Both the position numbers and the translations under genes were made by a program. A stretch of DNA of 64,000 nucleotides from assembly GCA_030390025.1 (NCBI GenBank), contig CM059432.1:41790001-41854000 (forward strand), in the 5' to 3' direction. The notes beneath the pieces were generated by a model. It saw only the letters and a list, made by a program, of their open reading frames with translations. It was not told the origin of the DNA and made no database searches. Positions 48,860 to 61,831 of the stretch are shown here, in pieces; the first letter of the stretch is position 1, and each line of letters opens with the position of its first letter. Source of the DNA: Squalus acanthias. Taxonomy: Eukaryota.

Positions 48860-49660
48860 AAACAAAGATTTGCATTTATATAACGCCTTTCACGACCACC
48901 GGACGTCCCAAAGCACTTTACAGGCAATTAAGTACTTTTTGAAGTGTAGTCTCTTTTGTAATGTAGGAAACGCGGCAACCAATTTGCGCACTACAAGCTC
49001 CCACAAACAGCAATGTGATAATGACCAGATAATCTGTTTTAGCGATGTTGATTGAGGGATAAATATTGGCCAGGACACCATGGATAACTCCCCTGCTCTT
49101 CTTCGAAATAGTGCCATGGGAGCTTTTCCGTCCACCTGAGAGAGCAGATGGAGCCTCGCTTTAACGTGTCATCTGAAAGACGGCACCTCCGACAGTGTAG
49201 CACTCCCTCAGTACGGCACTGGAGTGTCAGCCTAGATTTTTGTGTTTTTTTTAATTCATTCATGGGATGTGGGTGTCGCTGGCAAAGCCAGCATTTATTG
49301 CCCATCCAAAATTAACCTTGAGAAGGTAGTGGTGAGCCGCCTTCTTGAACCGCTGCAGTCCGTGTGGTGAAGGTATTCCCACAGTGCTGTTAGGTAGGGA
49401 GTTCCAGGATTTTGATCCAGCGACAATGAAGGAATATATTTCCAAGTCAGGATGATGTGTGACTTGGAGGGAAACTTGGAGGTGATGGTGTTCCCATGCG
49501 CCTGCTGCCCTGGTCCTTCTAGGCGGTAGAGGTCGCGGATTTGGGAGGTGCTGCCGAAGAAGCCTTGGTGATTTGCTGCTCAAGTCTCTGGCGTGGGACT
49601 TGAACCCACAACCTTCTGACTCAGAGGCAAGGGTGCTACCAACTGAGCCACGGCTGACAC
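48860..49660 (-). mobile_element. DeuSINE copy with a nested 3' fragment of the second LINE family (~49248-49578)
   Basis: Reverse complement of 272-742 on both sides of the insertion. Confidence 0.82.
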
Positions 49661-50323
49661 AACTCAGCTTTATTACAAGAGACTATTACATTTCAGCTAG
49701 AGAAGAGCTGTAAAAGCAGTTAATTCTCTGATGTTCTTCTGCTGCATGTATATGCACACCACCTTGTGCTCTGTAGTACTAGTCCAACTCAAATGCTTCA
49801 TTAAATAAATATGGTGCTTTAAATAAGTATAGTGGTAACTGTTGCCTGTAGAAGAGCTGAACTGTGTTTCATAATATTTTTCAAGCCTACGTAAATTCAA
49901 GTATGCTGTTTATTGTAATTACGGTAATTGTTCGTCATATGATCTGCAATGGCAGACTATGAAAAAAAAAACTTCCAAATCATGAGCAATAAGATCCACT
50001 CACAGGAACTGCTGTAATTAACAAACTCAAATTGTAACATTGGCCATTTGCTAACAGACAAAAGTAGGAAAAAATGGGGCACATCTCAGGCCAAATGACA
50101 CATACTGTCGTCCTGGTATTGGACACAGAGAATGGTACATATTATAAGGAGAAAAACTATACTTTCCCTGTGTTCCTCCTCTCTAAAGTCGCTGTGGAGG
50201 AATCAGAGGTAGAAAAAAAGATGTTCTGTTTTCTCTCCACAGTGAAACAACGTATAAGCATCGGAATCATAAAATGCTACAGCTTAGAAACAGGCTATTC
50301 TACACTAATGGTTTCTCCAAACT

Positions 50324-52413
50324 CAATAGACTGATCAAGACCTTCGATCCAGACCTTCAAAACATCCTACGCGCTCTCATCCCACGTACTCCCCGCGTGG
50401 GAGACTTCTACTGCCTCCCAAAGATACACAAAGCCAACACACCCGGACGTCCTATCGTATCAGGCAATGGAACCCTGTGTGAGAACCTCTCTGGATACGT
50501 CGAGGGAATTCTGAAACCCATCGTACAGGGAACCCCCAGCTTCTGTCGCGACACTACAGACTTCTTACAGAAACTCAGCACCCACGGACCAGTTGAACCA
50601 GGAACACTCCTTGCCACGATGGACGTATCGGCACTCTACACCAGTATCCCCCACGATGACGGCATCGCTGCAACAGCCTCAGTACTCAACATCAACAACA
50701 GCCAATCTCCAGACGCCATCCTACAACTCATCCGCTTCATCCTTGACCACAATGTCTTCACCTTCGACAACCATTTTTTTACCCAAACACACGGAACAGC
50801 CATGGGGACCAAATTCGCACCCCAATACGCCAACATCTTCATGCACAAGTTCGAGCAAGACTTCTTCGCTGCACAGGACCTCCAGCCAACGCTGTACACC
50901 AGATACATCGACGACATTTTCTTCCTTTGGACCCATGGCGAAGGATCACTGAAAAGACTACACGATAACATAAACAAGTTCCATCCCACCATCAAACTCA
51001 CCATGGACTACTCCTCAGAATCGGTCTCATTCCTGGACACACGAATCTCCATCAAAGACGGACACCTCAGCACTTCACTCTACCGCAAGCCCACGGACAA
51101 CCTCACGATGCTCCACTTCTCCAGCTTCCACCCTAACCATGTTAAAGAAGCCATCCCCTATGGACAAGCCCTGCGAATACACAGGATCTGCTCAGACGAG
51201 GAGGAACGCGATGGACACCTACGGACGCTGAAAAACGCCCTCGTAAGAACGGGATATGACGCTCGACTCATCGATCGACAGTTCCGACGGGCCACAGCGA
51301 AAAATCGCATAGACCTCCTCAGAAGGCAAACACGGGACACAACCAACAGGGTACCCTACGTCGTCCAGTACTTCCCCGGAGCGGAGAAACTACGACATGT
51401 TCTTCGCAGCCTTCAACATGTCATCGATGACGACAAACACCTCGCTAAGGCCATCCCCACGCCTCCACTACTTGCCTTCAAACAGCCGCCTAACCTCAGA
51501 AGTACCATCGTTCGCAGCAAATTACCCAGCTTTCAGGATAACAGCGACCACGACACCACACAACCCTGCCATGGCAAACTCTGCAAGACATGCCAGATCA
51601 TCAACACAGATACCACCATCACACGTGAGGACACTACCCACCAGGTACATGGTACATACTCATGTGACTCGGCCAACGTTGTCTACCTCATACGTTGCAG
51701 GAAAGAATGCACCGCGGCATGGTACATCGGCGAGACCATGCAGACACTGAGACAACGTATGAACGAGCACCGCGCAACAATCGCCAGGCAGGATTGTTAC
51801 CTCCCAGTCGGGGAACACTTCAGCAGTCAAGGACATTCAGCCTCGGATCTGCGGGTAAGCGTTCTCCAAGGCAACCTTAGAAACACACGACAACGCAAAA
51901 TCATCGAGCAGAAACTGATAGCCAAGTTCTGCACTCATGAAGACGGTCTCAATCGGGATCTTGGGTTTATGTCACGATACATGACGTGATCCGGACTCGA
52001 GTCGTCGTTAGCTTGTTCACAGATGTGATTCCCAGTAAAAAAGTAAAAATTTTCCCAGTAAAAAAGTAAATTTTTTTTTTTAAAGCTTTTCGTTTTACAT
52101 ACAGACGGCAGCTTTTGACACGTTAGAACCCCTGCGACTTCACCTCATTGTCTCAGTTGTATCTTGCTATGTCTTTTGATGTGGTACCTTCCTGGCTGAC
52201 TTAATTAACTTTATCACACCTCGGCAGATAGTCAGGATGATTTAATTTATTGGTCTGCAATTGTAAAGTACACATGCTTTTTTTTCCATCTATATATGCT
52301 CTGACGATTCTGTATCCAATTTACTTCACCTGAGGAAGGAGCGATAGTTCCGAAAGCTTGTGATTTCAAATAAAACTGTTGGACTATAACCTGGTGTTGT
52401 GCGACCTCTCAAT
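50324..52413 (+). mobile_element. Penelope-like element (Neptune-type), 5'-truncated, open RT+GIY-YIG frame to 51989
   Basis: LPKIHK, RPIVS, MDVSALYTSIP, GTAMG and RYIDD motifs; C..K.CKTC linker; NVVYLIRC..YIGET; TTTCTCCAAACT duplicated at 50312-50323 and 52414-52425; sits inside an old minus-strand CR1 remnant. Confidence 0.94.
52326..52363 (+). ncRNA. Minimal type-I hammerhead ribozyme motif in second Penelope pLTR
   Basis: TCAC-CTGAGGA-A-GGAG-cgatag-TTCC-GAAA-GCTT-GTGA; stem I TCAC/GTGA; palindromic AAGCTT stem III. Confidence 0.75.
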
Positions 52414-52889
52414 TTTCTCCAAACTAGCCATCTAATTTCATTCCACTTTCCTGCTGGTTCCTTTAATATTAATTTTTTTCCAGCAACAATCTAATTTTCT
52501 TTTATAATAATTTATGGACTCCACTTTATCAGTGGTTTCTGGCCAAGAATTCCAAATTCTAATCACTCTCTGCGTAAACACATTTTTTCTGACATCTTTA
52601 ATTCTTTATTAAATTTGCGCTTCCATTACTGTCTCACCACCAGTGGAAGTAATCTATCACTTTTTACCTTATCACAACCCTTTATAATCTTGAAATTTGC
52701 TATCAGGACCCACTTAATTTCTTAGCTTTAAATTAAAATAGGCTTAACTTTTCAAATCCGTCTTCATAACTGTAACCCTCATCCCTGGTAGGATCCTGGT
52801 GAATCTTTGCTGTGTATTTTCCATTGCTTTTATTTCCTTCCTATAATGTAATGCCAAAAACTGTAGACGATAGTTCAACTGCTAATATC

Positions 52890-54231
52890 CAATCGTACTG
52901 CCTGCTCATTATAATGATTGGAGCGCTGAGCTCAGCGCCAAACGTGCTGCTGGTTGGCTCAGCGCTCAAGAGGAGGACCAATATCGGGTGCAGTCTACTG
53001 GCCAATTAAGTTCTGCCTAGGTGCTCTGCACTTCTTAAAGGGGAAGTACTTTGTTGCAGAAGCACCTCATTGTCACTGCCGATGCAGCCATATCGCAACA
53101 GGGAAGTGGAAGGGCACGGTGCTTCTCAGATGCAGCACTAGAGGCCTTGTTCCTGGGGGTACACAGAAGAAGACAGGTCCTCTACCAAAAGAGGACAGGA
53201 GGTCTTAAGACAGAACGGCAGATGGCACTGGGAGGAGATAGCCCAAGCCGTGGTGCCACGAGTGTTGCCCCCAGGCCCTGGATCAAGTGCCGCAAGAAGT
53301 TTAATGACCTCACATGAGTGGTCAAGGTGAGTGAATGCATCTTCAGATGTTATATCCCACCAACTAAACCACAAGCCTCACACACTGCTCGAAGCACCAC
53401 ACCCCCAATCACTCACCTACCAACAATCTCTAGCAATCACCACTCATACCTCACAATCATAGCTTCACCTCACCCTCACACACTTAAGAGTGCTGCAAGC
53501 CTCACACCCACATCTCACCCCTTGCACACAATGTCAGCTATTCAACCATGACAGGCACACATCACCTAAACACATTACACCACACTCACTGACACACTTC
53601 CCTTTCTCTTGCAGGCCAAGGAGGCTCACAACCGCCATAAGAAGCAGCAGACAAGCGGGGTGAAGTACGTCTGCAGAATCTTACTGTGCTGGAGGAGACA
53701 GTGCTGGAGATCATTGGAGGGGCTGTCACTGAGGCTGGTGAGCGACGAGGTTGAAAGCATTCCTGATGACGGTATGCTCATACCTAATTCTTCTTCTCAC
53801 ATCCCACTTCCCCCTCATCATACAATCTCTTCTCACTTACAAGCTGCTGATGATGTAAGCATGCACATCTTGCTTTCTCCCCTCCCCTCACCACAACCCG
53901 ACCCTTGTGCCTTTCTCCTTTCAGATAACCAAAACTGCCAGCAGCCCAGCCTGTCCCCATCCAAGTAGAGGAGGCGAGTGATGGAGAAGAAGAGGCACCG
54001 TCACTCGATCTGACACTCCCAGGCACTAGCTCAGAAAATGGCACTGTGCAAACTTTAGAGGGTAGTATAGAGGCGGGATCTGCACGTGGTGAGCTTCCAG
54101 TAGCGCCCTCCCTCCCTCTTGGGGCGCTACCAGTGAATTTCGGGCACGGGGTGCTAACTTTTTCGGGGCACTAAAAGTAGTGCCCCGGCGAAGTTAGCGT
54201 CCCAAAGGGGGCGCGACCCAATTTTGCCCCC
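52890..54231 (+). mobile_element. Decayed Harbinger: Myb pseudogene joined to a terminus resembling the right end of 11919-16135
   Basis: FSDAALEAL, W.KCRKKFNDLT and QAKEAHNR; end ggggcgcgacccaattttgccccc. Confidence 0.72.
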
Positions 54232-54289
54232 TGTGACGTGACGTTCCATGACAGAAGAACGGTAAGGTAGGGAAGTGTTGAGCAATGGG

Positions 54290-55395
54290 GATCTGGGGTA
54301 TCATTAATTGGAACCGGATTCTGATGAGGCGCTCACGGACAGCCCATCCGGAACGGGATCTGCTGCCTGCCTCCTCCCTTCCTCCTCCGCTACTCCTCTT
54401 CTTCCTCCTCCTCTTCCTTCTCCTCCTCCTCCTGATGTTATCGCGGAACCCGTGGAGGCAAGAGCTGCACCCTCATGGTGGTCAAGTGGTGGAGGATAGT
54501 AGACCACCACGAAAATGGACACCCGCGTGTGTACTGGAGGGCTCCTCCCGTAGGTAATGGAACCGTTGCTTTAGCACACCGACGGTCTACCCGATGAGGT
54601 TCCTCGTGGCAGCATGGCTCTCATTATATGATTGCTGGCCACGAGTGGTGGGGTTGCGGTGGGGGGTCATAAGCCAGGTGTAGAGATGATAGCCCTTGTC
54701 TCCGAGTAGCCACCCTCGGGTTCAAAGTGGTGGCTGGAAGATTGCTGGCACACCGCACTGGTGCAGGATGAAGGCATCATGACTGCTGCCAGGATACCGG
54801 GCATTCACCATCATGATGTGCTGGCCGTGGTCACACACCAACTCTACATTAAGTGAGTGGTAGCCTTGGTGGTTGCGATATAACTCAGGATTGATATGCG
54901 GCGCCCGCAAAGCCATGGGTGTGCAGTTGATGGTGCCCTGCACCATGGGGAAACGCGATATCCTGACAAAGCCACATGCGTGCTCCTCCTGCTTCTCTCT
55001 GTTTAGAGAGACGACAATGAAGTCCCTTCTCCTGGAGCACAGAGTCTCTGTGACCTCCCGGATGCAGTGATGGACAGCGAACTGGAAGATGTCTCCTGCT
55101 CCAGACTGGAAGGATTCAGTTGAGAAAATATTGAGAGCCACGGTGACCTTGAGGGCCACTGACAGCGCCATCGTCGCTCTGCTCTGAGGCTGCAAGGCTG
55201 GTTTCAGAGTTCTGTGACCACCTCCTTGGTGAAGCTGAGCCTCCGAATACACTGCTCCTGGCTTAAGTGCTGCCGACCTGCCCAAACTTGCAGTAACTGT
55301 GGGCCGCGCTGGAAGTTGGCGGAAGCGAGGTGGCTGCCATTTTTTTGCGAACCTGGCCTTAATAGCCAGTGCTAAGGTGCCAAATTTTGCGTCCT
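54290..55395 (-). mobile_element. Decayed Harbinger transposase fragment
   Basis: ORF 54722..55285 (VALNIFST.SFQ, HSLNVELVCD, YPGSSHDAFIL); LLGDKGY continues in another frame. Confidence 0.82.
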
Positions 55396-55873
55396 TAATG
55401 TTTTAAAGCGTACAATGAAACGAAAGCTGAAAAGGATTCTAATATGTTCTTTCAGAACTCAAAATAAATCATTCAATTGTGCCAGACAACCAGGCATTTG
55501 AAAAAGGAAGCAGAAAAATTGGGAATGAACAATGACCTATTGTTTTCTCAGTTCTGTTGCAGAGGTATAAAGGTAGGTGTTCAAGCAATAGCTGAACACG
55601 TCAAAAGTAACTTATTGGTTGTGAAGTGCTTTGGAACATCCCGAGGACACGGAAGGCACTGTATATACACAAGTTCTTTAATTCTTTCTATCTCTTTTAA
55701 CTTACTAATTAATATTGCACTTGGTTCTTGCACTGTTTTGACTACAGGAGTTAGATTTTTGTAATGTTCTAGCTCGAGCTATGCAAATGCAATTCTGAAA
55801 GTCGGATTTCTGTTATCTTTCTGATGACTATACTGATAATTGTATTGTCAGAATATATTTACATATAGTTAAA

Positions 55874-57684
55874 CAGCAGAAGAGAGGAGACTGGGGGGAA
55901 AAAGGGCAAAGGATGGCAACGGATGGCCAAGGATGGCAAAGGAGCTCCCTCAGGAGCTGCCAGCACAGGAGCCATCTTGAAAATTACCATTACATTCTAC
56001 TGGCGCGAATTCATGAACTCATTTCTCTTATATGGAAGGAGGAGAGCATGCCAGGGGATCTCAGAGACGCCGTAATTGTGACCATCTTCAAGAAAGGTGA
56101 CAAGTCCGATTGCGGTAATTACAGAGGAGTTTCCCTGCTGTCTGCCACAGGGAAAGTCATCGCAAGAATCCTCCTCAATCGCCTTCTCCCAGTGGCCGAA
56201 GAGCTCCTCCCAGAGTCGCAATGCAGATTCCGCCCACTAAGGGGCACAATGGACATGATCTTCACCGCACGTCAATTACAAGAGAAATGCAGGGAACAGC
56301 ACCAACCGCTGTACATGACCTTCTTTGATCTCACAAAGGCCTTCGACACTGTCAACCGTGAGGGATTATGGGGTGTCCTCTGCAAATTTGGCTGCCCTCA
56401 AAAGTTTGTCACCATCCTCCACCAGCTTCACGACGACATGCAAGCTGTGATCCTGACCAACGGTTCCACCACAGACCCAATTCACGTACGAACCGGGGTC
56501 AAGCAAGGCTGTGTCATTGCACCAACACTCTTCTCGATCTTCCTTGCTGCAATGCTCCATCTCACCCTCAGTAAGCTCCCCGCTGGAGTGGAGCTAATTT
56601 ACAAAACAAACGGGAAACTGTTCAACATCCGTCGCCTCCAGTCCAGATCCAAGGTCGTCCCATCCTCTGTCGTCGAATTACAGTATGCAGACGACGCTTG
56701 AGTCTGCGCTCACTCGGAGGTCGAACTCCAAACCATCGTCATCACCTTCACCGAAGCGTACGAGATCATGGGCCTTACACTAAACATCCGTAAGACAAAG
56801 GTCCTCTACCAACCTGCCCCCGCCACACAGTACTGCCCCCCGATTATCAAAATCCACGACAAGGCCTTGGACAACGTGGACCACTTTCCATACCTCGGGA
56901 GCCTACTATCAACAAGGGCAGACGTCGACGACGAAGTCCAATACCGCCTTCAGTGTGCCAGTGCAGCCTTCGGTCGCCTGAGGAAGAGAGTGTTTGAAGA
57001 CCAGGACCTCAAACCCGGCACTAAGCTCATGGTCTACAGAGTAGCAGTGATACCCGCCCTGCTGTATGCCTCAGAGACATGGACCATGTACAGCAGGCAC
57101 CTCAAAGCACTGGAGAGGTACCACCAACGCTGCCTCCGCAAGATCCTGCAAATCCATTGGCAGGATAGGCGCACCAACGTCAGTGTTCTTGCTCAGGCCA
57201 ACATCCCCAGCATCGAAGCTTTGACCACGCTCGATCAGCTCCGATGGACGGGTCACATCGTCCGCATGCCCGATACGAGATTCCCAAAACAAGCGCTCTA
57301 CTCGGAGCTCCGGCACGGCAAGAAAGCCCCAGGTGGGCAGAGGAAACGCTTCAAGGACACCCTCAAAGCCTCCTTGAAAAAGTGTAACATCCCCACCGAC
57401 ACCTGGGAATCCCTGGCCCAAGACCGCACAAAGTGGAGAAGCATCCGGGAAGGCGCCGAACACCTCGAGTCTCTTCGCCGGGAGCAAGCGGAAGCCAAGC
57501 GCAGGCAGCGCAAGGAGCGCACGTCAACCCAAGCACCCCACCCACCTGCTCCTTCAACCACCGTCTGCCCCACCTGTGATAGAGACTGTAGGTCCCGCAT
57601 TGGACTCATCAGTCACCTGAGAACTCATTTTTAATGTGGAAGCAAGTCATCCTCGGTTCCGAGGGACTGCCTAAGAAGAAGAAG
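55874..57684 (+). mobile_element. RTE (BovB-like) LINE, 5'-truncated; RT + C-terminal C2H2 finger; (aag)n tail
   Basis: NYRGVSLL, FFDLTKAFDTV, GVKQGC and QYADD motifs, then one TGA at 56699; CPTC..HLRTH; 13-bp TSD ACATATAGTTAAA at 55861-55873 and 57685-57697. Confidence 0.92.
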
Positions 57685-57870
57685 ACATATAGTTAAATGA
57701 AGTAAATTATTAGTCGCACAAAGTGTACCATGTGCAGTCCTCAATGTTCCTGAAGTGAGCCAGAAGTTAATCATAAATTGAGCCACAAGTTAATGTGTCA
57801 ACTTGGCACAGTTGTTAGCATTCAGATCTGAAGGTGATGGATTCAAGCTCCACAACAAACTTAAACACAG

Positions 57871-58870
57871 TGGGGGTTATTTTGGTGATAGGGTGAAAAC
57901 AGGCGCTAAGTGGGTGCTGTGCTAATAAGACACACCTGTCTGAAAGTCTGGGCTAATTGATGATTACCATAATTTAAATGTGCCTGCAGGCGCTAAAACA
58001 GACACCTGCAGGTTTAGCACTCAAGCGCTGTTTTCATGGAGCAGTATACGTGGGCTCCACGCACCCACTTCCACTGAAGGTGTGGAGTGGGCTTACTGAC
58101 ACACAGCAGCAGGTTTCAGGATGGCTCAGGGACCGAGTGAGAGAGCACACAGGTCCTCGGATATGGCTCTGCAGGCCCTGGTGGAGGAGGTCCAGAGGAT
58201 GAAGGTTGTCCTGTACCCGCAGGGGGGAAGAAGTCTACCTCACTCTCCTGTCCCTCTCTCTTGCAGCAGCTGGTGCTGCTCTGCCTGACCTCATGTTCTC
58301 CTCCCATTCCTCCTGCAGACCCGGGGGGGGGGGATCCCCTAGCAAGATGTCGATGACCAATCACTCCCTTTCTCCTGGTGACTCCTATAAGATGTCCAAT
58401 AAGGTAGAGTAGTACAGCACTTACTCTTTTAAGGTGAAGTCCTCCGAGAATTTCATTAATAAATGTTGATCGTGCGTTGGTGAAGTCTTGACAAAGTGTC
58501 CCAGAAAGTCTCCCGATGTGTTTCAAAAGTCCTCTTCAAACTTCCGGCAGTAAGTGAACAGTAAAAGGTGATATACTTTTAAGTAGCACTCGAAATCCGC
58601 TGCAGCGACGTGTTTATTCCCAATCAGCTGGTCGCTATTAGGAGAGGACGTTAGCCACCAAAATGCCATGCAGCCTTGTTAATGAGCGCTAGCAGGCAAT
58701 TTAAGTGGCAATCAGCCCCTTAACGATCCTCTGGGTGGCCGTTCCTAGCGCATGCTTCAACTCCTTTAACAAGATGGTGTCTTGCGCTTAACGCATACTA
58801 AACGCATTTCAACTTAAGACCCCACCTTGGAGGCTCTTTAGCGCCTAAAGTATCCGGGGGAAATCCCCCC
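57871..58870. mobile_element. Decayed non-autonomous Harbinger; its terminal ~115 bp recurs at 59071-59200
   Basis: Myb remnant RERAHR..DMALQALVEEV at ~58135-58230; GGGGG..ATTT-type termini; GGCGCTAA motifs. Confidence 0.6.
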
Positions 58871-59199
58871 CCCCCCTCCCCCCGTAATCTAGGCTGACAC
58901 TACAGTGCTGTACTAAGGAAGTGCCACCAATGGGTGGGGAAAAACCATGTAGGGATTTATTGATAAGGACTGGATTACAAACTTAATGCATTTGGGGATG
59001 GTGAGCCAATACAGATCAGCAAGGATGGGGTGACAGGTGAATAGGCATAGTTGGGGACAGGATAGAGCAAGCTTCAACTCCTTTACCAAGATGGTGTCTT
59101 GTGCTATACGCGGGCTAAACTGGTGTTACAGCTTAAGACCCTATCTTAGCCACTTTGAAGGCTCTTTAGCGCCTAAAGTATCTGGGGAAAATCTCCCCC

Positions 59200-59710
59200 C
59201 TCACCCCACACAGGGTTTAGGATAAGTTAGAGTTCATGAGGGGTTGTGGATAGGAGGCCAACAATGAAAGTGTTAAGCAAGTAAGGAGGTAACAAAAGCA
59301 TGCACAAGGGTTTCAGCAGCAGAGGGACTGAAGTAGGGACGGACACTGGCAATGTTGCAGAGGTGGAAATGAATAGTTTTGATCATGGATAGGATGTGGG
59401 ATTTAAGCTCAGGTCAAGTTAAACAGGACACCAAGATTGCAAATGGTCTGGTTCAGCCTGAGAGAGAGACTGAAGAAGAGGATGGAGCCAACGGCAAGTG
59501 TGCAGAGTTTGTAGTGGGGACATAAGATGATGTATTTGGTCTTCCCGGTGTTGAGCTAAAGGAAGTTGTGATTCATCCAGAACTTGATGTCTGAGAAGTA
59601 ATCTGATAGCATGGAGAGAAGTGGTGGAGAGGTAGAGCTAGATATCCGCTGCGTACACATGAATGCTGACCCCATGTCTGTGGATTGTGTAACCTAGGGA
59701 CAGCATGTAA
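59200..59710 (-). mobile_element. L2 fragment (old)
   Basis: Degenerate similarity to the L2 RT C-terminal region (catctgcgtaca / gagctaaag / acaccaagattgc). Confidence 0.5.
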
Positions 59711-59925
59711 AAACAGGTTTGTTCCACTGGCAGTGCTCACATCAGTATTTTTATCCAATATTGCACCAGTGTCTAAAACTGAGTAGATAATTTCTCATGC
59801 TGAGCATACAGAAAAAACACTTGTTTTAACATGTAATTTTACCTGATGATCAAAATATCAAAACGCTGGCTCTCAAGAAGGAAATTCAGATTGCTATCAG
59901 CCAACAGCAAGTTCTTTATAACTTA

Positions 59926-60123
<198 letters not shown>

Positions 60124-60465
60124 CTAATGAAGGTGGAGCACAATAAATATATCCAACATAATAATAAAAATCCTCTTACTTCATAAGACTAATTACTGAC
60201 CCAGTAAATAAGATGCAAGCTTAGCATTTACTGTTAGTGTATGAGCACTTAATGCATTTTATGGAATTCTTTTTTCTGCTATTTTAACCAGTTTATTTTA
60301 AACATATTAATACCTCTGTTAAAATAGCAAACTGATGAATGTTGTATAAAGCATTCACAAGCTAATATTGCAAGCAGTAATTCCTACACTACAGATTAGC
60401 TTCTACTTTGTCAGAATTTATTATAAGGGTGTCCATCTCAATTACAATTTTTTAACAAAAGCTTA

Positions 60466-61809
60466 ATACGAACATACGAATTAGGAGCAGGAGTAGGCCA
60501 CTCGGCCCTTCGAGCCTGCTCCGCCATTCAGTAAGATCATGGCTGATCCGATTACTCCACATTCCAGCCTACCCCCGATAACTTTTCACCCCCTTGCTTA
60601 CCAAGAATCTATCTACCTCTGCCTTAAAAATATTCAAAGACTCTGCTTCCACCGCCCTCTGAGGAAGAGAGTTCCAAAGACTCACGACCCTCTGTGAGAA
60701 AAAATTTCTCCTCATCTCTGTCTTAAATGGGTGACCCCTTATTTTTAAACAGTGACCCTTAGTTCTAGATTCTCCCACAAGAGGAAACATCCTCTCCACA
60801 TCCACCCTGTCCAGACCCCTCAGGATCTTATATGTTACAATCAAGTCACCTCTTATTCTTCTAAACTCCAGCGGATACAAGCCTAGCCTGTCCAACCTTT
60901 CCTCATAAGACAACCCGCCCATTCTAGGTATTAGTCTAGTAAACCTTCTCTGAACTGCCTCCAACACATTTACATCCTTCCTTAAATAAGGAGACCAATA
61001 CTGTACACAGTACTCCAGATGTGGTCTCACCAATGCCCTGTACAACTGAAGCATAACCTCCCTACTTTTGTATTCAATTCCCCTCGCAATAAACGATAAA
61101 ATTCTATTAGCTTTCCTAATTACTTGCTATACCTGCATAGTAACCTTTTGTGATTCATGCACTAGGACACCCAGATCCCTCTGCATCTCAGAGCTCTGCA
61201 ATCTCTCACCATTTAGATAATATGCTTCTTTTTAATTCTTCCTGCCAAAATGGACAACTTCACATTTCCCCCATTATACTCCATCTGCCAGATCTTTGCC
61301 CACTCACTTAACTTATCTATATCCCTTTGTAGCCTCCTTATGTCCTCTTCACAATTTACTTTCCTACCTATCTTTGTGTCATCAGCAAATTTAGCAACCA
61401 TACCTTCGGTTCCTTCATCCAAGTCATTTATATAAATTGTAAAAAGTTGAGGCCCCAGCACTGATCCCTGTGGCACACCACTCGTTACATCTTGCCAATC
61501 AGAAAATGACCCATTTATGCCTACTCTCTGTTTCCTGTTAGCTAGCCAATCTTCTATCCATGCCAATATGTTACCCCCTACACCATGAGCTTTTATTTTC
61601 CGCAATAATCTTTGATGTGGCACCTTATCAAATGCCTTCTGGAAATCTAAGTACAATACATCCACCGGTTCCCCTTTATCCACAGCACATGTTACTTCCT
61701 CAAAGAACTCCAATAAATTGGTTAAACATGATTTCCCTTGCACAAAACCATGTTGACTCTGCCTGATTACTTTGAACTTTTCTAAATGCCCTGCTATAAC
61801 GTCTTTAAA
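60466..61809 (-). mobile_element. CR1 LINE, 5'-truncated
   Basis: ORFs 61213..61743 and 60569..61054 with CR1 RT motifs; (catacgaa)n tail. Confidence 0.93.
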
Positions 61810-61831
61810 TGATGATCACATTGAACTCAAA

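Noticed and set aside
50274..50323. ATG at 50274 as the start of a 571-aa Penelope protein
   Set aside because: It lies outside the TSD-defined element in flanking DNA; the element is 5'-truncated
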